From positions 205,242-269,241 of the forward strand of contig LSRY02000067.1 of assembly GCA_001643675.2 (NCBI GenBank): 64,000 nucleotides of DNA, given 5' to 3'. A program made the position numbers and the translations under genes. Numbering within the stretch: the stretch's first letter is position 1; the number at the start of each line of letters is the position of its first letter. Source of the stretch: Monocercomonoides exilis PA203 (taxonomy: Eukaryota; Protista; Preaxostyla). Shown piece by piece: positions 25,105-37,708 of the stretch. The notes below the pieces were generated by a model. It made no database searches and was not told where the DNA came from. It worked only from the letters and a program-made list of their open reading frames with translations.

Positions 25105-25112
25105 CTGTCAGA

Positions 25113-26309
25113 GTGAAGGATTTGGCATCGTTCGTAGTAGAACTCAGTTCAACACGCTTTGTTCTTCCAGACGCATCTTTGCACCTCCAAACTATCTACA
25201 AATTGTTGCGGAAAGGAATTTTAACAAACGGATGGGATGGAATGATGAGGCTGAATGCGTCAATCCTCCAACAGATAAGAAGATGGAGATGGACATTGAG
25301 GAAGAACCCCGGACGCAGACTCACACCAGTGTTTATTCCAGAAGACGGACCAACCACATATGCATTACAATTCTCCTGGGGAGTGACCCTCAGAATAAAC
25401 AAAATGTCACTTGATTGTCACAGTTGTTTTCCATTCGCCGTGAAAAACCAATCATCCAACTTCAGAGAATTAAAAGCTGTGGAACTTGCCCTTATTTATT
25501 TTGCACCAATCCTTTCAGAAAGTCGGATATCACAGTAACAACTTCGGTCTGACAATTCGGCAGTCGTTTTCAACGTGAACAAACGGAATGCAGGAAAGAA
25601 TCTTCGCCCGACACTCAAAAGGATATAAACATTGAAGGAGAAATTGAAAATAGTCCTGAAAGCAGTTCATCTCCCCGGATTACAGAACACAAGAGCCGAC
25701 GTATTGAACACCCTGGAAAGAGCAGGATACCACAGAATGATAGAAGATGAACTCTTTCAGATTCTTGCAGCGCTTAAAGTAACTCCAACGCCGGACGCCT
25801 TTGCAGCTCAACACAACCACAAGGTCGAGAGTTGGTGCGAAATAGGAAGTCCATTGGGAGAAGACGGTCTAGAATATCCATGGAAGAACGAGTGCGTTCT
25901 GGCACACCCCCCAGTTCCACTGATTCCAATGACGATTCGGAAGGCACAGAAGGAGAGAGTACCTGTAGTATTACTCCTGTCGAACTGGAATGGGCAGAAC
26001 TGGGATGTGTTATTGGAGAAGACACATCATCGGACATTCGAATGGAGGAGTCTGAGAACAGTTCTGAGAATGGGGCTTACAATGACAAACACATGTGCAT
26101 GTCTCTCTCCAGGCAGGTTGAAAGTAATATTGATCAATCCACCAGAGAGAAAGGCGAGAGCTGGTGGAGAAGGGCGTTGGAGGAAAGAGCTTTCCCAGTT
26201 TCACTGGCAGAGGAATGCAGATCAGGAATTGCTCAGTCGACGTGGGATGGATATTTATTCGGTTTCGCGCATTTTGGAGAACAGTGGGAAAATAGTGATA
26301 TGGACATAA
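25113..26309 (+). pseudogene. DIRS RNase H plus methyltransferase-like domain (3' part of pol)
   Basis: SSNFRELKAV, LRSDNSAVV, HLPGLQNTRAD, DAFA, VLAHPPVPLI, WxxQxW; in-frame TAA at 25536-25538. Confidence 0.88.
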
Positions 26310-27526
26310 TTCCAGAGGATATTCATGAATGGGCTGCTCGATGTTTGAGTATTTTCATTACACTCAAAGACAATGGAATGAAACTGTCATGTTTGCAACT
26401 TATCCGCTCAGCGGTTTCATACTTCACAAGCTTGGTTTTCAACACAAATTTGTGGGATATTCCAAAAATAAAAATATTGTTCAGAGGGTTTAGAAGAACG
26501 GATAGGACAAGAAAGAAGAAGATTCAAGAAATCTGAAATCCGAAGACCATTTTGAAATATTTTTCTAGTCTTGGAGAAAATCAGACCTTGAGCTTCAAAC
26601 ATCTGACAATGAAAGCCATTGTGCTCACAATGTTATTCACTGCATGCAGGTTTACAGAGTTGGAAAGAGTAGACATGGAACGATCCAGATTCGAGCATGA
26701 AGGAATATTCCTGGACACAAGGCAAAAAACATCGCTTAATGGAACAGAGATTGCCGTTCCTTTTTTAAACGAAAACCCGACAATTTGCCCATCTTCGGCC
26801 ATTCAGGTTTTGTGGGAAGAAATACAGAAAAGAAGACCAGATGGAAAGAAATTGTTTTTAAATACAGAAACATTTCATCCTTTTTCAGTAGAAGGAATCA
26901 GACGATTGGCAAAAGAGACGTTGAAAAAAGCAGGAATACCAAGCCATTTCACTCCTTATTCAATAAAGGCTGCAACACTTTCAACGCAAACGATGTCGAG
27001 AATACTCCCCACTCAGATTGCGAAGTTTACCCGCCTATCCCCTAGAACAGACAATTTAGCGAAGTAATATGTGAAGGCCAATCTTGCTTCAACCTTGGGG
27101 AAAGTGATTGCTTCAACCATGAATGCTCCCAGTGGAGAGTTAGCAACCAAGCTGTGTGCCGAAGATGGTGTCAAAGCGTGCGTCAGACCAGAAAGAGACC
27201 AGAAGAACAAAGAGGAGAGATGGTCAATGGAATCTGGAATGGTGTTGAGGGACAATAAGCACAAAATGAAGTAATATGTGAGTGAGGAAAAAGCGAAAAA
27301 CTCTGTTGAATTCCCTTCAAGAGTGGATGAGCCTGACGATGAGATGGAGGAATGGAAGTCACTTGAAGAACAATTTATTATTCGAACAAGATCACAAGTT
27401 AAAAAAGGAGGAAGAAAACAATGCAGCAAAGAAGACGCACACTGTGGAAGTTATGATGGCTTCATCATCCAACAAATTTATTCTCTCAAACAAGAGAAGG
27501 AATTGATGAAACACTTTTTTTTCTGA
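25832..27526 (+). pseudogene. DIRS tyrosine recombinase
   Basis: IRSAVS, MLFTACRFTEL, ICPSSA, AGIPSHFTPYSIKAAT; in-frame stops at 26534, 27065 and 27272. Confidence 0.88.
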
Positions 27527-27667
27527 AAATTTTAATTCTTGATTTTCCAGTCGAAATCCAAGATGTTGTTCAAATAAAAATTTCTTGTTTCATCAAAATG
27601 CAAAGGGCTTTCACATTTCAGAATTTGGATGAGTATTTCGAAAGAAAGTGCCAAGTGTGAAAGTTTT
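27481..27667 (-). repeat. Right ITR of the DIRS element
   Basis: Reverse complement of 17741-17927. Confidence 0.9.
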
Positions 27668-28225
27668 CGCAAAAGTGAGAGTTTTTGCTCGTGCTTTAAC
27701 TTTCTTTGATAATTTTAATTCTTGAAATTATAATGAATAACAACGAACTTCTTGTGATTTCATTCAATGAAAACAGCCTCAAGCACAAACTTGAGTTTTT
27801 GTTACAGTTTCATTTTCACATACTTCTTCTTCTTCTTCTCCTTCTCCTTCTTTGTGGTAGCAGTTAATTGAACACTTATAACTTTTTCACTCTCTGAGAA
27901 CTTGTAAAATAATATTCACACTCTCTTGTTGTTCAGCAGCTGCTCCTTCACACACACAAACTGTCCCCCTGCCCATCAACTGGACTTCTTCAAAACCAAC
28001 ATTGTACTGTCTCATGAACCACACTTACCAATTGTCTAAGTATTCCAAACTGAATGACTGTTACTCTATCTCACTTCAGTCTCTTCAACACATGTGCTCT
28101 TCCAATTTATTCCTTTTCAGTTTTCTATATGTACTCGACTGGAAACAGAAGGAGCAGGCGCACTTGCAGTTCAAATGGGGAGGAGTATCCACATCGTCCT
28201 TTGACAAACTTTCTTCACCAAATAA

Positions 28226-30795
28226 ATGAATTTAATATCATTTCCACTTTTCATCTTCTTTTTCCACTATCCACGCGCCTGTCCAATCTTATTAGTTATT
28301 GGAACCTCTTCGCCTTTCCTCTTTTATCTTATCGCCATCAGCCCTTCCGCTGAAATCCAAACCTCCTGTTCCTATTTCCAACTTCTGAACACTTTTCGAA
28401 TATCCTCAGACTTCCTCACTCGCTCCTTCATTCCTTCGTTGTTTCTCTTCACAATGAGACGTTCCTGCTTTCAAAGCTGTACAAAATAAAAGAATTGTTC
28501 GTAATCGCTCTCTGTTATTCCTCTTTCTGCCTTCCATCCACATTGTTTTCATGCGAAATATTCGCTTCAGCTAATATATCTTCTTCTTCTTCTTCTTCTT
28601 CTTCTTCCTTCTCCTCCTCCTCCTCCCGTTCCATCTATCTCTCCTTTGCTGGAGACACAAAAGAGCGTGTCAACTTCTTTAACAACGGAATGTTTGAGCC
28701 GTTTTGGGGGATTGCAAGGCATTTGATAGACAGATGGCGAATGATTGGGGCAAAAGGAAGAGATTTGGAAGGGTTTGATGAAGTGGAAGGGATAAAGAAG
28801 TTGAAGGAGAAGATGAGGAAGGCGAAGAAGAAGAGGGAGGAGAAGGAAAAGAGGGAGCAGGAGAGGGGAAAGGAGAAAAGGAAAGGGAAAGAGAAGGACG
28901 AGAAAAAGGAGGAAGATGAGGGATTTGATGAGGATGTAGATGAAGACGATGATGATGATGATGATGAGGAAGAGGAGGAAGAAGAAGAAGACAAATATGA
29001 TTTCATTAAAAATCAAAAATGTCAAGAAAAACATCAAAAATCAAAAGAAATCCAAAAAATAAGCTCGTCAAGCTCTGATTTTGAGTCCGATTTTGTGGAA
29101 TCTGCCTCTCTTTCTGTTTTGAGGGTACTTCATTCTCTTCTGAAGAGTGAGTATGTGAGAGAGAGAATAAACGAATGCACGTTTTATGAGGGTGTGGTGG
29201 ATTTGTATAAGAGGCAGTCACATTCAACGCGGTTGAATAGGTTTTGTGCAGAGGAAGAGGAGGAAGAAGAAGATGATGATGAAGGAAAATGGAAAAGAAA
29301 AGAAAAAGAATCCAAAATGAATCAGATTTCAAAAAGAGTTTCTGGATTTGGATCTTCATCATCATCTTTTTCATCTTCAACTTCTTCTTCATTGCATCAT
29401 CCATCCTTCACTCCCTCCTCCACCCACACTCTTTTCCTCTCCTTATTCACCCTCCGCCGCTACAAGCGACTGAGCTGCATTGGCGACGGGATGAAGAAAG
29501 TGGTTCTGACGCTTCTGGGCATTGTCAGCGATTGCCTCGAAGTTGGAAGCAGAGAAGCAGCAATATCTGGGCTGAAGATTCTTTCTCTGCTTCTTCCACT
29601 CCCGCTGGGTCCACTTCTGGGGGCAGCAGGGGTGTTGAGGCAGATGGGGAGGTGGCTGTTGCATTGCAGAGACGGGAAAGTGAAGTGAATGATTACTGCG
29701 ATTCTTGTACTGATGATGAAGGAAGGGAGTTATAGGAGTGATGATGATGAGGAGGAGGAAGAGGAAGAAGAAGAAATGGAAGGAGAAGAAGAGAAAGAAG
29801 GAATAAGCAGAGTTGATTCGAATGAAAACAGGACGAATCATAAAAGGTCTTTTAAACGAGCAAAGAGAATGTTTTCTGTCGAGTTTGGAAGAGAATCCAC
29901 ACGTGACATCAACCGAACTCTGCCTGCGAAGAAGCTCATCAGCGATTTTGTGAGTGATTTGTATGAGAGCCAGCTGCATCTTGTTTATTTCCGGCTTCTT
30001 TTCTCGAAGGATGGGGTGTCGCGTGCATGTGCCTTGAGCTTCTTCAGAGCACAGTGCGCGTTGGAGATGGCTGAAGACGGGAGGTTTTTCAGAAGAGGAG
30101 CGTTTGTGCAGAGGGAGGAAAGAAGGAGAAGAGAAAATGAGAATCATTCAAATTCTTGCACTAATTTTTCCTCCTCTTCTTCTTCCTCTTCTTCTTCCAC
30201 TATTTCAAAGAAAAAATGTGAAAGTTCGTCAAATCTCTTCCAAACGAATGCAGTTCTTGTGCTAAGCAAAAGCCAGCTTTCATCTCAAAATTGCTTCCAG
30301 ATGGTGCGAATGTGCAAATGTGGTGTTCCTTTCAAAGGGTTTTGCTGCTGCAAAGAATGGAATATTGCTAATCGAATGAGGAATGGAAAGGATTGTAGCA
30401 ATGAAGAAGAAGATGATGATGAAAGTGATGAAGACAATATGACAACGGGAAGTGGAAGCAATGCAAATGGCAAACTATTTCTGAGCCACATCAACAAAAA
30501 GCTGAGCTATCCGATGCGAGTTTTGTTCTTTCTGCTTGACGAACTGTTTAACAGCAGCCATTTGAAGAGTGCAGAATGTTTGGAGATGAAGGAGGAGTAT
30601 GAAGGGCTTTTGATGTCGTTCAAGTCGCTGTTTGTGTCGTTTGTGACAAATTCGAGCGATCTGGCGAAGAAAATGCTGCTTGGGGTGCTGGGTTCTCTTC
30701 ATCCGTTTGTTGTGCTGGCAGCTGCCCTCACGAAAAGAGCACTGCGCGAGGCTAAATTGAAAGGAGAAATGGAATCGCCTTTGGGCGAGTCGTGA
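28226..30795 (+). pseudogene. Large hypothetical helical protein with Ser/Glu low-complexity inserts, interrupted
   Basis: ORFs 28495-29688 and 29689-30795 are in one frame separated by a single TGA; upstream part broken; coding-like composition. Confidence 0.5.
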
Positions 30796-32901
30796 TGCGA
30801 GTCTGATGCTGTTTTTTGGGGGAAGATAACAAAAAGGCAAAAGAGAGAAGAAGAAGAAGAAGGGTGTTAATGTGTATTAATTAGAATATTGTATGATTGT
30901 TTTTTGTTTATTTTTCATTTACCGAAAATTTATTCAATGATGAAAAAATCATATAAAATTATTATTATTGAATGCTTTATTTCATGCAACTCTTTTTTAT
31001 ATTATATCATTTCAAAATATCAATGTTTTATCGCTTTTTTTTTTTGCCATTTCGTTGTTGATTAATATTTTCAATTTTTGCAACAAAGCTGGTTATTGAT
31101 GATTATGAATGACAAGCAATCTTTTCTATTCATCAAAAAATCAATAAACACAAAAAGTCATTCAAAAAAAAAAAAAAAAAAATTTTTTTTCAAACAAAAA
31201 ATATTCGTTTTGGAAATCAAAATCTTTAAAAGGAGATAAGACCCGACAGTGAATCTGATGGATTTGCTTGAGAAAAAAATGACAAAACTTCATTCTCCAC
31301 ATTGAAGAATGCGTTGAAGAAGAAAACAATTTTATTGAAAAGAAGTCAAGTCATGGGAATGTTATTTCATCTCTTGATCAAGAACAAAGAATTCAACAAG
31401 GTGCGGTCAATGGTCGTTCAGGCAAGAAGAAGAAGAGCGAATGAAACAAACTTTTCTTTTTCCTGGCGCACAAAAACAAGCAGCTGATTGAACCGCATTT
31501 TCTATTCAGCTATCCATTTTCGAAAGCCGGTGCTGTGAACAGCGAGACAAGCTAACAGCTATGCTCTTTCACGCTCAAGCACTTGATCTGCATCAGGATG
31601 TGTGTTGATGGTGGGCATTCGAAAAGTCCTTCATGCTCCAAAGGCTGAAGACATTCAGCTGCGATCAGCGGGAGATGTATGGTCTGTTCGCTACTGCTGA
31701 TTGGCTCGTTGTCGGAATGGCACAGCCAGCTGAGTGTGTAATGATCAACAAGCGTCCGAATGGCGAAGCCTTCATCGCGCTTTCGAGAAGGCAGTCAATG
31801 ATTACGGAAATGTTTCCTTCGAACTTCCTCTCTCGAGTAATGCCTTTCCATTCATCCAATAATCCCCACTATTCCCACAAAACTCTTTTCTTCCACGCAC
31901 ACATATTGCTGTCACCTCAAAAACATTTCCCTTATGATCTCTCAAACACATTCGCTTATTTTCTTGTGTGTGTTAGCGTTCTCATCACATGCAGCCGCCC
32001 TCATCCACAATGCTCAACTTTTGCCACATCCAAAGAGGCGCTTCTGTCACAACTGTCCATTCCAGCAATAATTCTTTCAAAGAAACAGCCAACACCCAAT
32101 TCCTCAGCCAGTCTCGGAAGAGCCCACACAGATGCTGCAATGACCGCTCACCGAGGAGGCAGATAACATCCATCCTCTGAGTGATGCTTGCTCAATATTT
32201 CCTTTTTGCCACATATAAAAACAGATGAAGCATGAATGTTGAGAAGAAGGCTGGAGCTTCCACCACACATTCACCCTTCACCCATTCGCCCATTGATTTC
32301 TTCATCATGCCATCTGCAATCCGCAATTCAATGAATTGCTCCCTCTTTTCAACATTCCCCATCCCAAAGCGATGATTTCCCATTTAAATAATTTGAAATA
32401 TTCCTGAACTTTGGAGTGATTACAGATGGAAACAACTTCACAATCAATAGGGCACAATAAAATGCACGCACGGAGAGTTTTTCGTTCCAAATTCAAATCG
32501 TTACGTTTTGTTGGTTATCCAATCTCAAAAATCATCATTCATTATTTCATCATTGGCACTGCCTTTAAAGCGATTCATGCCACCACACTAAATAATAAAG
32601 CAAACTCAACAGGCAATGCCCGTTCGCATATCTTTCATTTGGAGATGGATAATAATGGTTTTTCAAATAATTTTTTATTTGATCATTGAACCCATTGCAA
32701 ATAAAACAAATTGATAAAGTGTTGCTATTCTTTTGATAGCCAACCAAAAAATACAAATGCATAGAATGAAGGTGTGAACACTCATATTTATATGACTGTT
32801 TTGAGTTTTGTTTTCCGTCTATTTCATCAAACGAAACGTGTGTCCATTTGATGTGAATGATGAAAATGGAATCGCTTTCTGAATACGTTGTTCTTATAAA
32901 T

Positions 32902-34317
32902 ATGCAGGAGACGGATAACACAAAGATGTTCAATGGCATGCAATTGTAATTGTACTTGGATTCTTGTAAATTGCATTTTTTTTTCAGAATTGTTTTCTGA
33001 ACTGGAGCATTGCAACAAGGATGAACAGAAACAGAAAATCGGAGAAATAAATGAACATATGGAAGAAATGAACGAGGATGAATACGAATTCGTTTTCACA
33101 AAAGAACTGTTCAACAAAATGGATGAAATGATTAAAGAAGAGAAATTGTGGATGGACAATGCAATTTTACTGCTGAAGCATGTCGGGTATTGGAAAGAAA
33201 TGAAAAGAATATTGAGCAGCAGCTTTTATCATTCTATATTGAACTCTTTTGTTCAAAAAATGATAATTGACGAAAATGAGAAAAAAATAGAGAAGAATGT
33301 AAAGCTTTTGGTTGATCTTTGTGAAAGCTATCTTTTATCGAACTCCTGGGCTTCTCAGAAATTGCTTTCAACTTGCGTGCCTTGCCTTCTTAAAGTTGCT
33401 TTGAACAAAGAAGAAAGAGAGGAAATTCAAAAAGAAGTGGAAATGGCTTTGCTGGCTTTAAGCAATATTCCAGGATATTATGTTTGATTTCTTCTTTTTT
33501 TATTTTTGATTTATTAATTTTTTCTAATTTTTTTTTTTAAATATAGGAAGTGATAAGAGAAGTGTATTTGAATGAAATCAAAGAGGCCATTCAATATCAC
33601 CAGGAACATTTCAACCTCACTCAACTTGCGTATCAATCAGCTTGGCAGTTTTTGATAAACCGATTTGACTGCAATGGAAGGTTGGAAAAAGTTATTGTGA
33701 ATGAGCTGCATTTTGCGAGAGAAGCAAGAAGAGAAATCGAAGAACTTTCAAAATGCATTGATTGGAAAAAGAAAGAAAAGATTGAAAAAAAAAGAGTTGA
33801 AGCGAAAGAAAAATATGTTTTAATGAGATTGCTTGAAATGCTGAAGTCTTTCTTCTTCTTCTGCAAGTCACAGAATGAAGAACATGTTGGGCTTATTAGC
33901 AGCATTGTTCAGATGTATCGAGCATCAAGGGATAATTACGAAGAAATAAGCAGTCAATGCACACAAATATTGAAAACTACAGTTGAAAACAAAGCTATAA
34001 AAGTTGATTTCTTGTTGAAAGGCGGAGTGATTGATGTTGTTTTAGAGGAGGTTCAGCAACCAACAATAGATGTCAAAATGGACATTGATATCATCATGCA
34101 AAATCTTAAGCTGTCAAGTCGACTGAAAGAAAAGACTGTTGGCAAAATGGAAGAAGTTAAAAGAAAAGAGTTGAAAAGAAAAGTGTTTGAAAGTTTGGAA
34201 GAAGAAGGATATGAAGACATCATCATTTGCTTTTATGAAACATATAAAAGTCATGACAATAAATTTATTTATAAATTTCTGCCTGAAAACTTATCTGATT
34301 ATTTTGTGTACATCTGA
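32902..34317 (+). CDS. Lineage-specific helical protein family, copy 1 (3 exons, ~430 aa)
   Basis: Exons 32902-32935, 32988-33481 and 33547-34317; introns GC-AG (52 bp) and GT-AG (65 bp) keep the frame; motifs KEVEMALLALSNI, LAYQSAWQFL, EEEGYED shared with paralogs. Confidence 0.8.
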
Positions 34318-35014
34318 GTTAATGATTTGATGTTTATTTTGAAACTCCAAATTAAAATCATTTTTTCTTTTTTCTTTTTTTTCTTATTCCTTTTCTTCTT
34401 TTTTTTTTCCCCATTGATTAATGATTCTTCAAAACTTTGAGAATATGTTATTTCAAAACAAAAATATTTTAACTGTATTATTTGTAATTTATCAGAGTAT
34501 TTTGAAAGTGTTTGGGATAATAAAATTGAATGTTTTAACTCAAAATCTTTTTCTTTTCTTTTCTTTTCTTTTTTGTATAGCTTCACAACTTAGAAAACTG
34601 TAAAAGGAAGAAAAAAAATTTTTTTTCTTTCTTTCTCTTTCTCTCTCTCTCTCTCTCTTTCTTTCTCCATATGAATTATTCTCTCGATCACTCAGAAAAC
34701 TGTTTGCCGCTCGCCCTTTCTTCTCTTTTCTTTTTCGTCTTCTTCAAATCCACTTTTCTTGTTAATAACCATTTTTCCTTTTTTCTTGTTCAGTGTTGCA
34801 TCTTCTCTTATTTTCTCTTCTCTTTTTGAAAGCATTCCAATTTTTGACACCAATTCAAAGTTTCTAAAATCCTTTTCACATTTTATTCATCCAATTCTGT
34901 TAGTTGCATCAAAATTGTGAGTCTTGCCATAAAGTCTTCCAGTTGCATGTTTCCATCAAACCATTCTGGAAATGGCAAAGAGTTATGACAAATAACAAAA
35001 AAAAGTTGGATGCT

Positions 35015-36040
35015 TTTTGAATGCGAATGCCCAGCCAGCACATCTGCTCTGATAAAGATTCTCTTCTGTCAAACATTCCGAACAAATATACCAAACAAAC
35101 TGCTTTTCTCTTTTAAGCTTATGTAAAGCATTGTAATGCTGTGGTTCATACAAAACAGATGGCAAAAGTCACGAATATCATCGTTGAATACGATGTAAAT
35201 AAGAATAATCTCAAAACTTCTGAATCTTTTGAAAAAGGATAAAATGGCTTCTCTCTCTTTGCGGTATTCCTGTTCGTAACCAATCTGTATTCATTCAAAG
35301 AACATTTTAAAAGAAAAATGAACAAAACAAAAAAAGTCAAACCATCTTTTTGGTCTTGAAATATTTTCCCATCTCCAATGGATTGGTAATTGTCTGTCAA
35401 ACTGGTTTTCTTTTTCTTAGAATCCATTGTGAAGTTGGCTGTGATATCTGATGAAAACACATATTCTCCAAATTAACTCCTTTTCAAAACCCAATTCAAC
35501 GACAAGTCTTTGCTGATAGCATACCAGCATGCTTCGTTCAAAATGCAAACGCGATTGTTGTAAAGGCTTGTTGAGTGTTTTGCTCAACTCGTTTCCTCCA
35601 TTGTCCAACCCCCAATTCCCTTTCCTTTTCCACAAAACCAACCTTCTCCCCAAAAACCATGTTAAACAAATCCTGCTCAAATGATATGCCAAGTACACTG
35701 CACTTCCCTGAAATGACAAAGCGGTTCAATTCAATCTTTCTAGCATTTTAATCGCTTTTTCTGCATCTTGATTGAATTATTTTTCATCAAAATATCGCAG
35801 CCAGCGTTATGCCATATGTTTTGTAATTTATTACCAAGTTCAAATCTCATATAATTTACTCACCAATTTACTTTTCGCAAGCAATCGATGCAAACAGCCA
35901 CTCGCTCCTCCATCTGCAAGAAAAGTACCTGTTCTTCTGCCATGCTATAACTCGTATGGTTGCATCCGTGGAAGTTAACCTAAGCAGCTCAAACAAACTT
36001 TTATCTCAACATATCATCAATCAAAAATATTCACTAATAT
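35015..36040. repeat. Dispersed diverged repeat, copy 1
   Basis: Collinear blocks shared with 59070-60185 (AAACATTCCGAACAAA, ATCTCAAAACTTCTG, AGAATCCATTGTGAA, GCAATCGATGCAAACAGCCA). Confidence 0.8.
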
Positions 36041-36379
36041 AATTATATGTTTACCACCCTTATTTATTTGCACAAAAACAAGATTTTTTAATCCAAAGAT
36101 TTGCTTGTTTTAATGCAAAAGACATTGATGGAAAATGAAGATTTTTGGACTCGTGTGTTATTAGATGTTTGACTTGTTGTTTTCAATTCTTTTATTGTGA
36201 GTTTTACACGACAATTCTGATAAACGAATCTATTTGTTGTTTTGGTTTCATTTTGCATTTTCGCAGTCAACTTCAAAAAGACAAATATTTCTCGGTTTGC
36301 CAAAATTTTATGTGAAATAAATGGTAAAATTTATAAATGTGTTTTTTTTTTTTCTCTTTTGATTTTTCTCTTTTTTTAG

Positions 36380-37708
36380 AGAAACTTTCACAGCTGGAAC
36401 TATTCACCGAAGCAGAACAGAAACAAGCAATCGTCGAAATGAATGAAATGATTGATGGAATGGATTATTATGAATACAGATGTGTTTTCACAGAAGAACT
36501 GTTCAATGAAATAGACAAAATGATTGAAGAAGAGAAACTATCAATGGAAAATGCATTGTTGTTGCTGAAATGCATTGGATATTGTAAAATTCTTTTTGGA
36601 TGGTGGAGTTATGGCTTTAATAATTCCTTACTGTTCAGAAGATTTGAGAAAATGATTGTTGATGAAGATAAGAAAAATGAAGAAAAGAACGATAAGCTTC
36701 TTTTTGATCTTTGTGAGTGTTATCTTTCATTGTATTACGAATTCACGGACATTCCAGAAGAAATAACTGATATTTGTGGGGTAAATCTTATGAAAATTAA
36801 ACTGAGGAAAGAGGAAAACGAGGAAACACAAAAAGAAATGGAAATGGCTTTGCTAGCTTTGTGTAATATAAGATTTAATGTGTGAGAAGTTCTTTTTCAT
36901 TTTTGAAAAATTTTTTTATATTTTTATATTATTTTGTTTTTATTAGTTTTTCGAAAAAGAACTATATTTGAATGAAGTTACAAAAGTTATTAAGCATCAT
37001 CAAGAACTCAACAATCTCTCTCAACTTGTCTATCAATCTACTTGGTTATTTTTGATGAACAGATTATTCACGGACAAAAGCTTGGAAGAAGTGATAGTGA
37101 ATGAGCTGCATTTTGAGAGAGAGGCAGCAAGAGAATTAAAAGATCTATCAAAGTGTATTGATTGGAAAAGAAAAGAAGAGGGAAAAGGAAAAGAAACGAA
37201 AGAATTGCTTATTTTCAGGAGATGGCTCGATGTCATTGGTTATTACATTTCCTGGTGCAAATTGCGAAACTCAGAACCTGATGGACTCGTTGGCTGCCTT
37301 GTGGATATATTTCGAGCATCGAGAGAAAATTACAAAGAAATTCACATTAAATGCATATGTTTGATTCAAAGAGAATCAGGAAGTAATAGATATGTGAAAA
37401 TTGATGACTTGCTGAAGAAAGGTGCTGTTGATGTATTTTTGGAAGAAATGAAACAACCAACATTGAAAGAAGTCATTTGGAATTGTTTGCATTTCTTTTT
37501 GGGCATTTCAATAAGATTGAAAGTGAAGACAGATGGTGAAGCTGATGAAAAGGAAAGAAAGGCAATAAAACGGAGAATATTTAAAAAGATGGAAGAAAAT
37601 GGATATGAAGATACCATCGCAAGTTTCTTTGGAATATTTAATTTCCTCAACAAAAAACATTTTCCAGAAATATCATTGAATATTTCAGATTATTTTGTGA
37701 ATGTTTGA
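36380..37708 (+). CDS. Lineage-specific helical protein family, copy 2 (first exon uncertain)
   Basis: Exons ~36380-36879 and 36947-37708, GT-AG intron 36880-36946 at the same position as in copy 1; KEMEMALLAL, VIVNELHF, EENGYED, SDYFVNV. Confidence 0.75.

Larger units (their letters stand above)
17741..27667 (+). mobile_element. DIRS-type tyrosine-recombinase retrotransposon with ITRs, interrupted by a DNA element
   Basis: 187-bp inverted repeats at 17741-17927 and 27481-27667 enclose gag-like, RT, RNase H, MT-like and YR coding segments in DIRS order with overlapping frames. Confidence 0.9.
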
